NCBI GenBank assembly: GCA_001949185.1
Contig: BDGG01000012.1
Span: forward strand, 550,973-614,972
DNA length: 64,000 nucleotides
Source: Ramazzottius varieornatus
Taxonomy: Eukaryota; Animalia; Tardigrada
Reading direction: 5' to 3'
This document shows positions 1 to 13,038 of this stretch, piece by piece. Within the stretch, counting starts at the first letter, position 1, and every line of letters starts with the position of its first letter. The notes under the pieces were generated by a model. That model ran no database searches and was not told the DNA's origin. It worked only from the letters and a program-made list of their open reading frames with translations. The position numbers were made by a program, and so were the translations under genes.

Positions 1-3000
1 GGTGTATGCAGGTTCACGACAGACCATCACACTTGAACTACACGACCGCTCGCTTGTCTACCCGCGAGTACTTATCATGAAAGCAGGTACAGACTGTGTT
101 GAAATGCAGAGTGAAGGATCTTACGTGATTGATTCACGGATTGGCCTGTAGATGAGGGACTGGCATGGACTTGTTTCTGCAGTTCCGCCAGTTGTTCTGC
201 CAGGGTCGCCACTTTCCTCGCTTCCATCCCGGCCTTCTCTTTCTCCAAGTTTAGCTGATGTTCGAGAAGCTGCTTTTCCCTTCGCAAGTCAGAAACTTCA
301 GCCACAGAGAGTTGCCTGACTTTGTCTAGTTCCCTCTGTTGGGACGACAGCTTATCGCTAAGGTCGCGGACTTTGTGTCTTTCTGCGTCAACTTCCGATG
401 ACAACGACGATCGTTCTTCTCGAAGCGCGGAGATTCGTCCTTCCAATGCCGACATTTTGCCGGTGATGACCAACAGTTTCTCAGTGGCTGCTCGTTCTTT
501 TTCCTGCGCCAACGTCAACTGTGTCACCGCTTCCTGCAGAACAAATAAGAAAAATCGAGCATACTCTGAAAGTTCAATATAGATTTTCATGGAATTTTAC
601 CTGATGCCGCTTTGTTAAGGACAGTTCAAGTTGTTCGAAAGTACTGCTTTGTTCCGCCAGCTGCCGCTGAAGTGCCTCATTCTGTCTGAGAAGTGGCCTC
701 GTTGACTGTGACAAGCTCTGACTGAGTTCCTCGTTTCGCTTATTAGCTTCGTTAACTCTTTGTTGATAGTCTGCCAGTTCATCCCGGAACGAGTCCTCCT
801 TCCTCTTCAGCGTGCACTCCGCTCTGTTCAGGTTCGCCTGCAGTATTTCCAACCGTTCCATGAGTTCCGCTTGATCCTGTACAAGCTGCTGTTTCTGTTG
901 TTCGAGTGCGAGCCGCAGTTCCTCTTTGGCTGCCAGTTCGGTAGTGAGTAGTGTCTCGTGAACGTGGCCTTCATGAGCGGCTTTCTGGCGGTGGAGGTCG
1001 GCAAGTTCTTTGTAGGCATTGTCCAGAGCGGCTTGCATACTGCTGATCTTTGCTTTGGCTTCTTCGTGGAGGTTCCGGCTGGCTAGGAGGTCCTTCTCCA
1101 ATCGATCAACGTTAGCGCTGAGTTGCTTGATCACAATAGTGTTCTTTTGATCAAGGTCTTCGGCAAAAGCTAACGTGTTCTTTAGGGTGGCGACCTCGTT
1201 CGTCTTGCCTTCCAGTTCACCTCTGGAAGTCAGAATGAACCATGCAAAGAAAGTTCCAGAAACTTCCCGGTTTACAGCACATTCCGTAAAGTCAAGTGTC
1301 GCTGGGAGCAGGACAAAGAAACACGACAAAATTGTCTTTCTTCAGTGGCGCGCGTTCTCAGCCAATGAGATTTGCGGTAAGTCCGAGCTCCCAGTTACAA
1401 CAGAGATTGACTTACTTGAGTTTTTCCACTTCGGCTTCGAGTTCTTTCTGCTTCTGTTTGATTTTCTTGATATGGCTGGAACTTTGGAACTGCTGTTTCG
1501 ACAGTTTCTCTCCTTCTTCCATAAGTTCTTTAACTAACAGCTCTTTTTCTTGGAGTTGCCTTTGCAGATCTTTGGAAAGCGACGCGGAACTATCGCTTTT
1601 CATTCGCGATCTACATTACATGCCAAATATAATACAACACGATGCCAGTATGACCACTGCAGAATATGTTCCACTTGAAAAAAACTTACGCATTTGCATT
1701 GGCCAATTCGATCTTCGTTAGCTGAAGCTGCTCCATCAGCGACTCCTTCTCTTCAGAGGCGATGTGAAGTTTCCCTTCGAGCATCGTAATCTCGTCTCCA
1801 CGATCATTCGCGAAAGTTTCCAGCTGCGAGTGTGCCGCGGTCAGGTCCGCCACTTGACTGAAAAAAATAAGAGGCACCCTTTTGGTATCCAGAGCATCAG
1901 TCACAGCTTCACTGCAAACACCTGCATACATGATTAGCCATGAGGAACCTCTGATGCAGGTGCGCGAAAGAGTACAGATTTCACCATTTATATCGGCTAC
2001 TTTAGCAATGCAACAGTCATTGCACGAAGCACAGGTGAGTATTGATACCTTGATAGATTGTCTTTCTCTTCCTTCAGCTGAGCATTCTCGCTGCAGATAT
2101 CCACAAGCTTCCGCTCTCGAGCAGCCAGTACTTCTCTAAGGTGCTGCAATTCCTTCTTTAGCTCTTCGGGAACCGAAACAACAACCGTGGGAACATGGTG
2201 AGTTTTTGCAGAAGTTTCTTCGATAGCTGCCGCAGATGACTGATCAGAAAGTCTCTCAGTCTCTTCCAGTCCCAGCACAAGCGCTACAGGCACTTCCCCT
2301 GTTTCTTCGTGAACATGCGTCAGATGAGCAGCTTCTTCGTGGGTCTCTTCCTGGTCGAGTGCCACCGCTTCTCGTATTTCCACTTCCTCTTCTGGGGTAG
2401 TCGCTCGACGATCAATAGGTTCTTTAGGTCCAGGCTTTGATATGTCGATATTCTGGTAAGGTTGACTGCTACCTTCTATATCCACATCCTCCACTCTAAT
2501 TTTTATATCCATAATCTCGTCCTCTGTTGGTTTTTCTTCGACTGTGACGTGCTTGTATGCTGATTGGAGAGAGTCATCGGCAGCATTCCCTATGTATTCC
2601 TCTAGGGAGAGCGGAACGTCCTCCAACGCGGCCTGGACCGGAAGTGATTCGCGAGCCAGAGTGTTCCGTAAGTCAGGTTCGCTATCCTCGTCGAAGACGG
2701 CCGTCAATGATCGCCCTTGGGAAAACTCTTTGACTTCCATGATGGTTTCGCCCAGCGAATGCTCGGTGTCGAGAGGAATATCCACGAAGTTTTTGTCATC
2801 TTCATCTTGAAAAAGAATTTCCAGGCGACCTTGGGATATTTGCGAAGGCAGGGGCTGTGGACCGTCATCTGTGAAATCTTCGGACGTATAATCTGTTTTG
2901 TTCGTCGAAAAGCTAGTCTTCGCTGAAGCTTTCTCTTCGTTGTACTTGTCTGAAGGGACGGTTGGTTCATCCGGTAAAAGGGAGACGCTAGAGGCAGATG

Positions 3001-3748
3001 GTTCTGGTTGGAGATCGACTGTTTCAACAAAGGAATGACTGGGTGTGGGGGACGTGGTCGTTAATGGACTGTGTCTGGAGTCCGTGACGACGGCCTGCAG
3101 TTCAGAGGACTTCCAGCCATTCGCACCGTTGAGACGCGAAAGTGAGCTGGAACTGGCCACTCGGCTAATGGACGGCGAAAACTGCGGACTCTTGAGTTTG
3201 GAAGTGGGTTCCGAGGAGGATTCCAGAAGCGAGCTCCTGCTGGAAGAACCTCGTTTGGACGATGGCTTGGAATCGTTGACACCGAAGGCATCGAAAAAGC
3301 CATCAGTTTCATCTGTAACGAACAACTAGAGCGTTGACATCCTCTGGACTTCCAAAGGCCGAAGCAGATGAAAGTTACGCGTATTATAATCACAGACTAG
3401 CTCGAACGCAGATGCGCATTACGTCATGTTCCGGGGAAGCCAACGTATGTCACACTGCATACAAAAGTGTATTATACGTGACGTCATAAACGATGTGAAT
3501 TTTTTCTTTCACGATTTACCTTTAATGAGTTTGGGTAGGGGACTAAGGCTTCGTGACTGAATTCCACTGGCACTTCCATTTTCCGACAATGTCTCATGTC
3601 CTGAAGCGGGATCCCCTTCCTGGCGCGAGATTTCTTGGATTTCTAGGACTTTGTCGATATTTTTCTGCGCCTGTTTCAGCGCAATCTTGGCCGTTTCGGT
3701 GGCATTCTTGGCAATATTGGCCCAGTTGGAGGAATCGAACCAGCTCAT
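1..3748 (-). CDS. TMF1: TATA element modulatory factor 1 (TMF1/ARA160 golgin), multi-exon, 3' end runs off the window
   Basis: N-terminus MSWFDSSNWANIAKNATETAKIALKQAQKNIDKVLEIQE matches the conserved TMF1 start. Later exons carry LAARERKL, LMEEGEKLSKQQFQSSSHIKKIK and ELSQSLSQSTRPLLRQNEALQ motifs plus long coiled coils. GT-AG introns separate the ORF segments. Confidence 0.9.
1327..1370. repeat. 77-bp palindrome family, degenerate half copy (TMF1 intron)
   Basis: caaaattgtc..tcagtggcgcgc gttctcagccaatga; right arm decayed. Confidence 0.45.
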
Positions 3749-4357
3749 CTGTGATGTGTCTGCAATCCCAACAGCCCCTTATAGAAAGACCAGTTCTCGA
3801 AAATTCTGACTAGAAGATGGAGAAGACGGAGCGCGACGAGAGTCGAGCAGTATCAAATACAATATTAAAATAAAACTGAACACGTAAACATCGTTGGCAC
3901 TTTTAAAATCGTCAGCTGGATGGCGTCAAACAATACGTTGGGTCATGCGCAAGTTCGACGCTCCGAATTTCTGAATTTGGATTCATTCTGTAATACGTAA
4001 TTATTCTACTGGAGATCTCCGCTTCCGGACATCTAGATCTTAGTTCCCGGGACTTCATCGCTCATTTTTGCCTCCGGAACTGGTTTTACGTCAACGGAAG
4101 ACTGTGGTGAGTCCGTAACATTCCCCGGTCACAGTGCGATTTGCATTCGGAACACAAAGTGAAGCTGTGCCGACTGATGACTGATCCACGTTTCTGCAGG
4201 TTCTGCGGTCTCTACAGGTCTGATGGAAGTCCAGACTCCACAGTTAGTATGACCCGAATCTAATGTCCTGGCCATCCGTACATGTGTAAGACATCTGTCA
4301 AGGGTTGGTCGATCATCGTGAGAGGCGTACTGTTAAAGCTGTGAATGCTGATCGACC

Positions 4358-7300
4358 ATGGCAAGCAGGAAAGCTCCGCCGATGTTCGAGGCCAAACCTG
4401 GTGTCGCTTCGGAGTTCTTCGCGGCCGTCGAAAAAGCCCGCGACACTCGGATACGTGTTTCGATCATCAACGAGTTCTGCACAGCCTTGTTCAAACTGCC
4501 CCCTAATGTCGCGAAAGCAGAACTAGGAGACAACCGCATGTCCCCCATGGTCTTCAATCTCTTCGTCGCGTCGAGCAAATTTCACCAAACCGTCAACGAC
4601 ATCATCGGCCATGTAGTCGATACCTTCATTACTCTCGGACCAGATTGGCTTCGGAACTGCTTGGTCAGGTCTTTCGGGGAATTCTTCAACGGAGAGAGCT
4701 CACGGACGAGTGGCGGATTGAAGCTGTGTGAACGCATTTTGGACCGGAAGCAGCTCAAAGACTTACTGCTCAGTGACCGCAACTTCTCCACCATATACTC
4801 ATTCATTTCTAGCTTTCTTCCTAGCGCCATATCGAAAGATGGACTACCGTCTGCGGAAGCTGAGCTTACGTTTATGGCGAATGCTGCAGCTGCATTGAGA
4901 CTCGTCCAGAAGGTTTTAGAGGCTACTTCCGGTCCAGTCAACCGGAAGTGCCTCATGGATAGCTGCGATCGACTGAGGCAGTTTCTTCTTAGCGGCGGAG
5001 AAAAATATCCTGATCTCTACATTTCGTCCGTCGGTCTGCACGCGAAGATAAGGGAGACATTGGGACAAGAAGGTCCGACCTCAGTCCACCTGTTGAGTAT
5101 GACTGACAAAATACTCACTCAAGAAGCTCCGGTACAAAACTGTGAGAAGCTGGTTGAAGAGATACAGAACTTCAAGCTGGCTTACCCAGCTGTTACGAAC
5201 TCGCTGATGATTGCATTGTGTGAAAAGCTCACGTCAGGTTTAGCTCAAGGAAGTCACAGTCAGCAAGAGTTGGAAGAGTTCCTCACCTCATTCACAAAGT
5301 TGTGGCTGTCAGAAATGGACGACGTCCTCCAGAAAGAAAACATCTCACACCAAGAGGCAGTACTTGCCGTCAGTGTCCGTGTCTTGTCGATAATTGTAAA
5401 TAATTGGGATATTCTCACCGATGAAGACAGAGAGAGGATTCGCGTATGCGTGATGGAACTTCCAGAGGACTTTCTTTACTCGACGTACGGACAAAAAACC
5501 TGGATTTCACTTCTTCCTGTCATCGTACCCATCGAAGCCAAGAGTCTTTGGAAGACACAAGAGATTCTGGACAGATTACCGAAAAGCTACTTCGGAGTGC
5601 AGATAGTTCAGTTACTGACGTTGACGGCGACTGCGCAAGACATCGCTCGAATAGTTCAGCACTGTCCTGCCCATAGACCATTCTTGACCAAGAGCGTTCT
5701 ACCGGTGCTGATCAAACGACCCGGGCTCTTGTTTGAAGTGCTCAGGGTGTTGGGTGGAGAAGAACACTTTGAAGGATATGGGCCGCTGCTGCATGCCTTG
5801 AGGTCGACCAAAGTGGAAAACCAGGAAGCAATGCGGAGAGAAGTCTTTCAAAAGTACATCAGGGGAAACGCGGGAGTGCTGGCTGTCTTGATGGATGATG
5901 TGACGCGCTTGGAGATTTTCATCTGCTTTTGTGACGCTGCGGATCCGGTGAGCGACTTTGCAGGTATTGTGCGTTTAAGCTTACAGAATTAACCTAAGGT
6001 GTTGGTTTATGGTTATTGTTTGAGGTTTCAGAGTTCGTGGTGTTGGTCGAAAGCAACCTGGACCAGCAGTTCCTGAAATTCCGCGAGCCCTTCATGCGGG
6101 CACTGGGAAGGTTCTTCAGTCGTCTCAGCGCCAAGCTATCGTCCAAGTCGAAGTCAAAGCCTCGACCGAAAAAGGCGGCGGCAGTCGCACCTGAAGAATC
6201 TGTAGCGAAAGCTGCGGACACCGTCGCGAAGGTCCTGGAGCTTTTCCACCTGTTGATCCATCAATGCAATCCGAGTTCGTCTTACGCCAGGTAACATGAT
6301 AACCACCATATCGTTTCAAGGGATATGGAAGGCCGGCAAAGATCCGCGGGATGGTTTCTATCTCAAGTGGCGCACGGTTCCAGCCAACAACGCAGAAAAC
6401 TGCGTCATTTGAGATGACGATCGTCCCGAGATTGTTTACCGGGCTCCCATCTACGTTTCAAGTGAATTTTGGGACTTCATATTCTTTTGTGCTAGACGGA
6501 CGCTGTCTCTCCAGATCATTCAGGTCCTTCTCTCCGGACCGCTACTCACCGTTGACGCCTCAGGTCTCCAGTGGGACAGTACAGCAGTCACTCTCACTCA
6601 GCAGATATTCTGGGAAACCTTCCCGGATAACTTGACGCTGATCGTGGACATTTTCTCCATTCGGCCAGATCTTCAGACGGATCAGGTTGTGGGAGGGATG
6701 GAAATGTCCCAGCTGGCAAGCATGGCCAACAATAAAGCACGCAGCTGCGTCACGAACGACCCAAAAGTGGCGGTCAGCCTTGACATCCTACTCGACAAGC
6801 TGAAGTACACCAATGAGCAACGTCCCAACAGCAGAATGTTGGAAGCCATAGAACAACTTCGTGCAGACATATCCAACGCCAAGGTGAACAAAGTAAAAAG
6901 GGGCAAACTTTGGCGAATATTCAGATATGAATTTTTTGGGTTTTTCCAGACTTTTGGTATGCTGAGGGCGGCCCGGAATGCGCCGCTGTATGGACAGCTC
7001 TTTCGGTTACGAAGTTTGTTGACAGCAGTCGGAGTAGGGGACGAGCATGGCCAGTCTACGATAGACGCCATCATACAGGCCTGTTGGCAAACTGCCAATC
7101 TGGTGGAGAAAGCTTTGAAGGAGAACGATGCGCAGTTGAGTATGGACAAGAGTCATGTCTTGCTCGAAGAAACGGATTCGGAAGGGTTTGTAGTGTTTCG
7201 TGTCACCGCTCAGCAGCTGTTCGTGTGCTGCTGGCACTGTATGCGGGAGGTGGCCATGCTTTTTGGCGAAATTTGCTGTGGAAAAGCGACAGGTATAAAA

Positions 7301-10300
7301 AGCACGTAAGACATGAAAATTGATAGTGAGTGGCTTTCTATCCACAGTCCTGGACTACCTGTGAGATGTGGCAATTTGCTTCTTCTGCAACCGAACAGCG
7401 TTTCTGCACGAGATTGCTGGCCATGCACTGCGCAGCACGATCAGCTGATCGACGTCCGGTTGTCTTTTGACTTGCTCAAGTAATCAAGCGCGTGTCTGAT
7501 CAGCTGATCGGTCTCATGCGAATAGCATGGCGTGCACACATGAACCGTCCGGAACTGATTCCGGGCGTTTGAACTGTCACATCTCACAGGTAGGACTGTA
7601 CCTGCGTACACCAAACCTTGAGTTTATCATCGTGGTTAACATGCGGGTGAGTGAAAGATGGCTCGTTTTGTTAGCTGATATAAGCTGCAAATTGTCAAAA
7701 AATTTTGTAACAACTTCTTGCTTCTTGGTTAGCTCTTGTCTTTGATGGTACTAATTTCGTAGGGAAGTTCCTGAAAGACGCTGAGAAGGTTTGGATATTC
7801 GACTGGATGGTTTTCCAGTTGTCGGTTACTCGCCACACCGGGGCCTTCGAAGGTCTAGCGGAACAGATCGCTAGAATAGCCCAAATGTTCGACGAAGAGA
7901 AGTCCCTGAAAGGTATGGCCTTCGTCAATAAAACGTTGGACTGGGTGCTAAAGGAGCTTCGAGCGTGGAGTTCGCCGCTGTGCCCAGAGAACTCCCGGAA
8001 GAGCGCGGGGGTGCCACGACTACTGGCCATATTGTTCGTGGCACTCAGCAGAACGGACACTGGCCTCGAAGCTTTTGAACAGACAATGGTGGACTTGATG
8101 GATGTCGCCAGTGGTGATGTCAAACGGAACACAGACGACAGAGTCAGGGCGCTTGATATCCTGGAAGCACTCTTCCGAGAAAACGCCCTCAATGAGGTAA
8201 CATACCGTAAAGTATCAAATTATACAGAAAACAAAACCGAATGTTCTGTTCCTAGACCAACTGTTCATTCGTCCCCGGAATTTTGTGATGGAAAGTTTTC
8301 TAATAGTTGGGAGATGGTCTTGACGACATCGTTTTTTTCAAGTGGCGCATGCTTCCAGTAGATAACACAGGAAGCGTGCACCACTTGGGAAGCCGTCAAG
8401 GTCGTTCTTCCAAGTGGCGCACGGGTCCAGCTAATAACGCGGAATTGAGCGTCGCTTGGGGAAAAAACATTGTCGAGTTTGCTTTCCGAGCTCCCAGATA
8501 ATAATCGGGTTGAAACCAAAGTAGTGCATGACAGGAGGTTGATTTTCCTAGGTTGATTTGTGGTTTGACCTGTAGGCTGCGGAATGTTTCATCGGAGATG
8601 GCTTCATCGTGGCTTGTGACAGCGTTGCGTCCTCTGTATGGTCCGTACGCAACTCGGCGGCTGGGCTCTTCACGGCGCTGATGCAGAGGGTTTTCGGTCC
8701 ATCGGTGAGGCGACCGCCGGAAGAGCTAGAATGGAGAGAAGCCGCCTTACCTGCCCATAGATTCTTCGGCAAGTATACGGGACTGTTCGACTATATCAAA
8801 ACCTGCCTACAGAGAACGGTGGAACAAAAGGACAAGCACGTTCCTAATGACCGACAGACTTCCTCAGCGTACTGTGCTCTGCTGCTTCTACAGAGACTGT
8901 ATCCGCTGGTAGGGGATCCGCTCTACCTGACGGGGGTGACTGAAGTGCTGGAAGGGTGTCTTGCTCATCGGGACCTGCGATTACGCCAAGCAGCGGCCAA
9001 AGCCACCGTTTTGTTCCTCTCAGAAAGCGAACTGCACAATATTATAAAGAAGATCAAACCTCCCTTCCGGTAATTTTCTAGCTGGACTTGTTTATTTAGG
9101 GGGAATCTTGTAAGATGTAACTGCTTCGTTTAAGTTAGTCATTTATTTCTAGATTTTCGGGAGGCCGGTAAACGGAATGTGCAAGATCGCTGTTCCAAGT
9201 GGCACACGCTTCCAGCTAACAACGCTGTCAACGTGCGCCACTTCGGAGCTCGACAAGATCGCTTTTTCAAGTGGAGCACACCTCCAGCTAATGATAATGA
9301 GAATGTGCGCCACCTAAGATGACGATCTTGCACGTTTCGTTCGCCAACCTTCCATCTGTTTTGCCTTCAATCTACTGCTTCCGCTTTATTCATATTTCTT
9401 ATCGTATTTTGTATGTTTTTACAGCTCACTTCAGGAGGCACTGCTTGTCGCACTTGAGCTTGACCGTGTGGCACATTTCCTCTTCCAGTTCCGAAATACC
9501 CAGCACGCCTTCTACAGTAAACTGCTGGTGTACTTCGTTGACGGCTACATGGATTCTTCGTACTCTACCAAAGACCTGGCTCTTCGGATCTTCCTCAAGT
9601 TCGACCGGTGGACGGACCTTCAAGTCGAGGTGACGAACCAGAAGAAGCTGCAGGGAGCTATGGCTGACTTCTCAGAAGACGCACACGGTTGGGATCCTGG
9701 GTATACTACGTGGGCCTCAAACTACGCTGCGGCGTTGATCAAGATTTGCCAGCGCGCCATGCAGACCAAGTCGGTGGTAGGCTTGGATCAAACGGTGGGC
9801 ATGGTTGTACAGAAAATAATGTCAAAGTCCACCAGTAGCGATCTGGCAGTCCGACTTTTGAATTCACTCGATTCGAATGCCGTTTATTCCGCTGGTTTCA
9901 TCCTGCAGAATGAAGCTTTCAGAAGTTATCTTCTGGATTTATCTCCCAAACAGTCGAGTGCTTTGTTAGCAGCCAAGATAACATTACTGACTAGTGCACT
10001 GGAGTTTCATACTGGGGAGTGGCAGATGAAGAGCACTGCACGAGATACCTTCTGGCTGAACATAGTGTCGCTTCTGACTACGCTTTTAGAGTCGGAGCTG
10101 CTATGTGTCGGTCTACGGTGCCTGTCCAGGATTCGTTTGATGTTCAGAAAGCCTGAAGATGATGATCGAACAGCCCAGTTCGTGGAAGTGATTGAACGAG
10201 TGATGGAGGAAGTACCGACTTTGGAAGTGCGGATGACTTGCGCCGATGTTGTTCCTTGTCCACGAATCGAAGAGTAAGACTCGATTAAGTTTTGAATTTT

Positions 10301-11078
10301 TTGGTGTACTTTATGCATGAGTGCGTTTTGTTCTAGGATCGGTAACGGGGATGGTAACGAAATGGCCTTACTGGATCGCTGGCTAATCATCTTGAAGCTT
10401 CTGCGCGATGACAGTCAGGAAGTCCGATACAAAATGGCGGGAAGCTTCACCGAGATCAATGAGGGTCGAGACCGACCCTGTCTTCCTGTTCGGACCATCT
10501 CACTAGCTCTCGATTCCATGGTCCGATCATGCACTGGAAGGAACCTCTTGGTTCCGCTGATCCATAGAGTAGCATTATCATGCCTTGGAGAGAATGACGA
10601 GCTGCTCAGGGAGGAACCGGAAAAGAGCGAGGAAGAAGTCTTCAGGCCAGTTGACCGGCACGAGTACCAAGAAGGCTTGTGGTTAATCGATCGGTTGTAT
10701 GAGAGCGTGCGGAAGCAAGATCGTTCGTCGCAAATTGACGATGTCTTGTCAAGACAGTCGGAAGCCGTAAATCAGATGGTGGAAGATGTGGGAGGGGCAG
10801 CCCATTTCCTGATGAACACAGCCTTTCTTGACAACCCAAATGAATACTCAAGAGCTGTCTTTAGACTGTACTGTCAAATCGTGGCGCTGTGTATGATAGA
10901 TGTTGTGGCTACTTTTCCTTTGTCGATAAAGAAAAAACTAATGGAGAATATTGATGAGCTTTTAGTCGTTTCCGGTCCAAGGGCTAACTCGTTGGTCCTT
11001 CAAGCGAGAAAACTTTTAATTTTACATAGTGCCATTGTTGAAGAGGTTAACTCTTCTTTGGAGCATCTTTCGCTCTGA
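4358..11078 (+). CDS. THADA: THADA / Trm732-like armadillo-repeat protein (DUF2428), multi-exon
   Basis: Motifs QQLFVCCWHCMREVAMLFG, TRHTGAFEG, RKSAGVP, ALDILEALFRE and WSVRNSAAGLFTALMQRVFG match the THADA core. The intron 7293-7762 splice was checked in frame (KAT-G-KFLKD). Confidence 0.88.
6350..6424. repeat. 77-bp palindrome family copy (THADA intron)
   Basis: caagtggcgcac-24nt-ctgcgtcatttg..gacgatcgt. Confidence 0.8.
7345..7598. mobile_element. MITE-like element (CAGT.. termini, Tc1/mariner-like) in a THADA intron
   Basis: Left CAGTCC(TGGA)CTACCTGTGAGATGTGGCAATT versus right AACTGTCACATCTCACAGGTAGGACTG. Flanks are CA/TA. Two internal GATCAGCTGATC palindromes. Confidence 0.65.
8324..8475. 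repeat. 77-bp palindrome family doublet (THADA intron)
   Basis: Cores start at 8339 and 8411. Confidence 0.85.
9182..9330. repeat. 77-bp palindrome family doublet (THADA intron)
   Basis: Cores start at 9196 and 9268; outer arms caagatcgc...gacgatcttg. Confidence 0.88.
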
Positions 11079-12059
11079 TTAAGATGTGAGTACCCGTTTA
11101 GCAGTATTATCATATTTCGCCGCGAGAAAAGAAGTAAAGCTGGAGCAGAAAGAGCGGTGGACCGCTCTTTTCTATGCCTGCATTGTCTGAGCATCTATTT
11201 CGTGTGCGAGATGGTACGCGGGTGCTTGAAGCGGAAGTCAAACCAGACTCTTGTTTTGGTTGCTCTGTACGAACCAAAATGATTGACGGGTTTGCCGCGG
11301 GAAATCTCGTACTAATAGACAAGGAAACATGGGCGACAGGGAAGCCCTGCAATTTGAGTAATTATCGATACCGAAATACAATAGCCTATAGTCAGCTGAG
11401 GAAGAGATGAAAAGAGACCCGTGAGCATGATGTGAGGAGGAGATGAAAGAGAGCGGATGTACATGATCAGTAGGACGAAACTCAGCATGTATTCCACGTA
11501 CGCGGAAATAACGTCGGGTTTCATTAAAATCTAATCAGCTAAAACATTAATCGATCCGGACTGCATTGGGATTTCATTCAACTGTAGCGAGGCCTCGGAA
11601 TCCCTTACCTTCAGCGAGACTTCGCTCTGTATTACATCTGGTTTCCCGCTGGACGATCAGATTACGTCAAACAGGAGATCCACATTCAATTTTTATTCTG
11701 GTGCGTGGTTGAAGCCACGGTAATCTTTTTTTGGAAGAAAGGTTGATGCTTTCTCGTGATTTCACCCACGATTTTCCAGGAACGGGGAAAGATTACCTAA
11801 CGTTGGTCTCTGACTGATATCGTCGACGTCAAAGAGAGTTAACTGTACACGTATTTGCGGTATGTTTGATAACAAGCTGTCGCCGCGGCCTGCTGTGAAA
11901 ATTGTGGGAAGATTGCCACTGGTTCCTCCCTTCGACCCAAAATATTCTCTTTGATTCGTGCGGATTACAAACGATCTTCGACTTGGCCGTCTGTGCGTAT
12001 TAGCCTCAAGTGTCTCCGGCTGAAGGACCGCTAAGTAACTCGATCGCGGAGACCCTCGA

Positions 12060-13038
12060 ATGTCAGCTGGGAGTCAGCTAAACTGTTTTCAGGCTGCGAC
12101 ATGCGGAGTAAATACCGACTCCAACGATGACCTGGCAAACATGGAGGACCTGAAATCTACGGATGGAAGACCCGCGCTTACAGCAAACGATTACCTCACA
12201 GATGAAGAATTTGCCCTTCCTGTCATCTGCGCAAAGCTGAATTTGGATGCCGGGTTACTGCCAAAGATCTTTCCTATCCAGCTTACGGAGCGCCAGAAGC
12301 ACATCCTGGCCGTCACTTTTGCGTCACTGCGGCAAAACATTGCGGAAATCGGAGTGGTTGTCTTTATGAGGTACTGACCGGAAGTGATTGACTAATGGCT
12401 TCGTCTTTCACCCTTGCGACTACCGTAATCAGGATGCCACCCTATTTTTCCTATTCGCAGAGTCTTCGAAGCTTATCCTTACGCCCAGCAGATCTTTGAC
12501 TTGCTGAAGAATATCAGTCAAGACAACCTCGTTCACAGTCAAGCGCTTAAGTCACACGCCTTCCGTGTCGTCGGGTTCGTCGAGAAATGCATAGCTCGTC
12601 TTCATCGACCTGACAAACTGGATGCTATCTTGACCAATCTCGGCCAGAAACACCGCCAATGGAAAGTTCCACCAGGATACATTGACGTAAGAGACCATGA
12701 TACAGGAGCTCGGCAAGCAAACCAGGCAGAATTGTTTTACCCCATGGCGCACCGTTACAGCCTAAAAACTGAAGGAATGCGCCACTGGGAAAACGATCTT
12801 GTAGAGTTTTATTGTCGAAGTCTCGTATCTTGAAAATTCGAACGTGTGATAGCTAAAAGGTTGAGTTTCCGTTGTCCTCCAGTTATTAGGTCTCCAGTTC
12901 GTGGCTGCGATGAAGTCCTGTCTGGATCAGCAGTGGAACGCGGAAACGGAAGAAGCATGGATAGCGATGTTTGGTTTCATCACTTATCATATGAAAGAAG
13001 CCATGAAGATGGATGAGCAATCACCGCTTCCGCTCTAG
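12060..13038 (+). CDS. Globin X-like / neuroglobin-like globin (3 exons: ~12060-12370, 12461-12686, 12883-13038; start uncertain)
   Basis: Spliced product ...IGVVVFMRVFEAYPYAQQIF...LKSHAFRVVGFVEKCIARL...LGQKHRQW...YIDLLGLQFV...WNAETEEAWIAMFGFITYHMKEAM has distal and proximal His. Introns fall at the canonical B12.2 and G7.0 positions. Confidence 0.9.
12727..12801. repeat. 77-bp palindrome family copy (globin intron 2)
   Basis: cccatggcgcac-24nt-atgcgccactgg gaaaacgatcttg. Confidence 0.8.

Noticed and set aside
8324-9330. CRISPR-like reading of the repeats with constant-length variable spacers
   Set aside because: The arms are inverted rather than direct repeats, copies are dispersed singly or in pairs within eukaryotic introns, and there are no cas genes.
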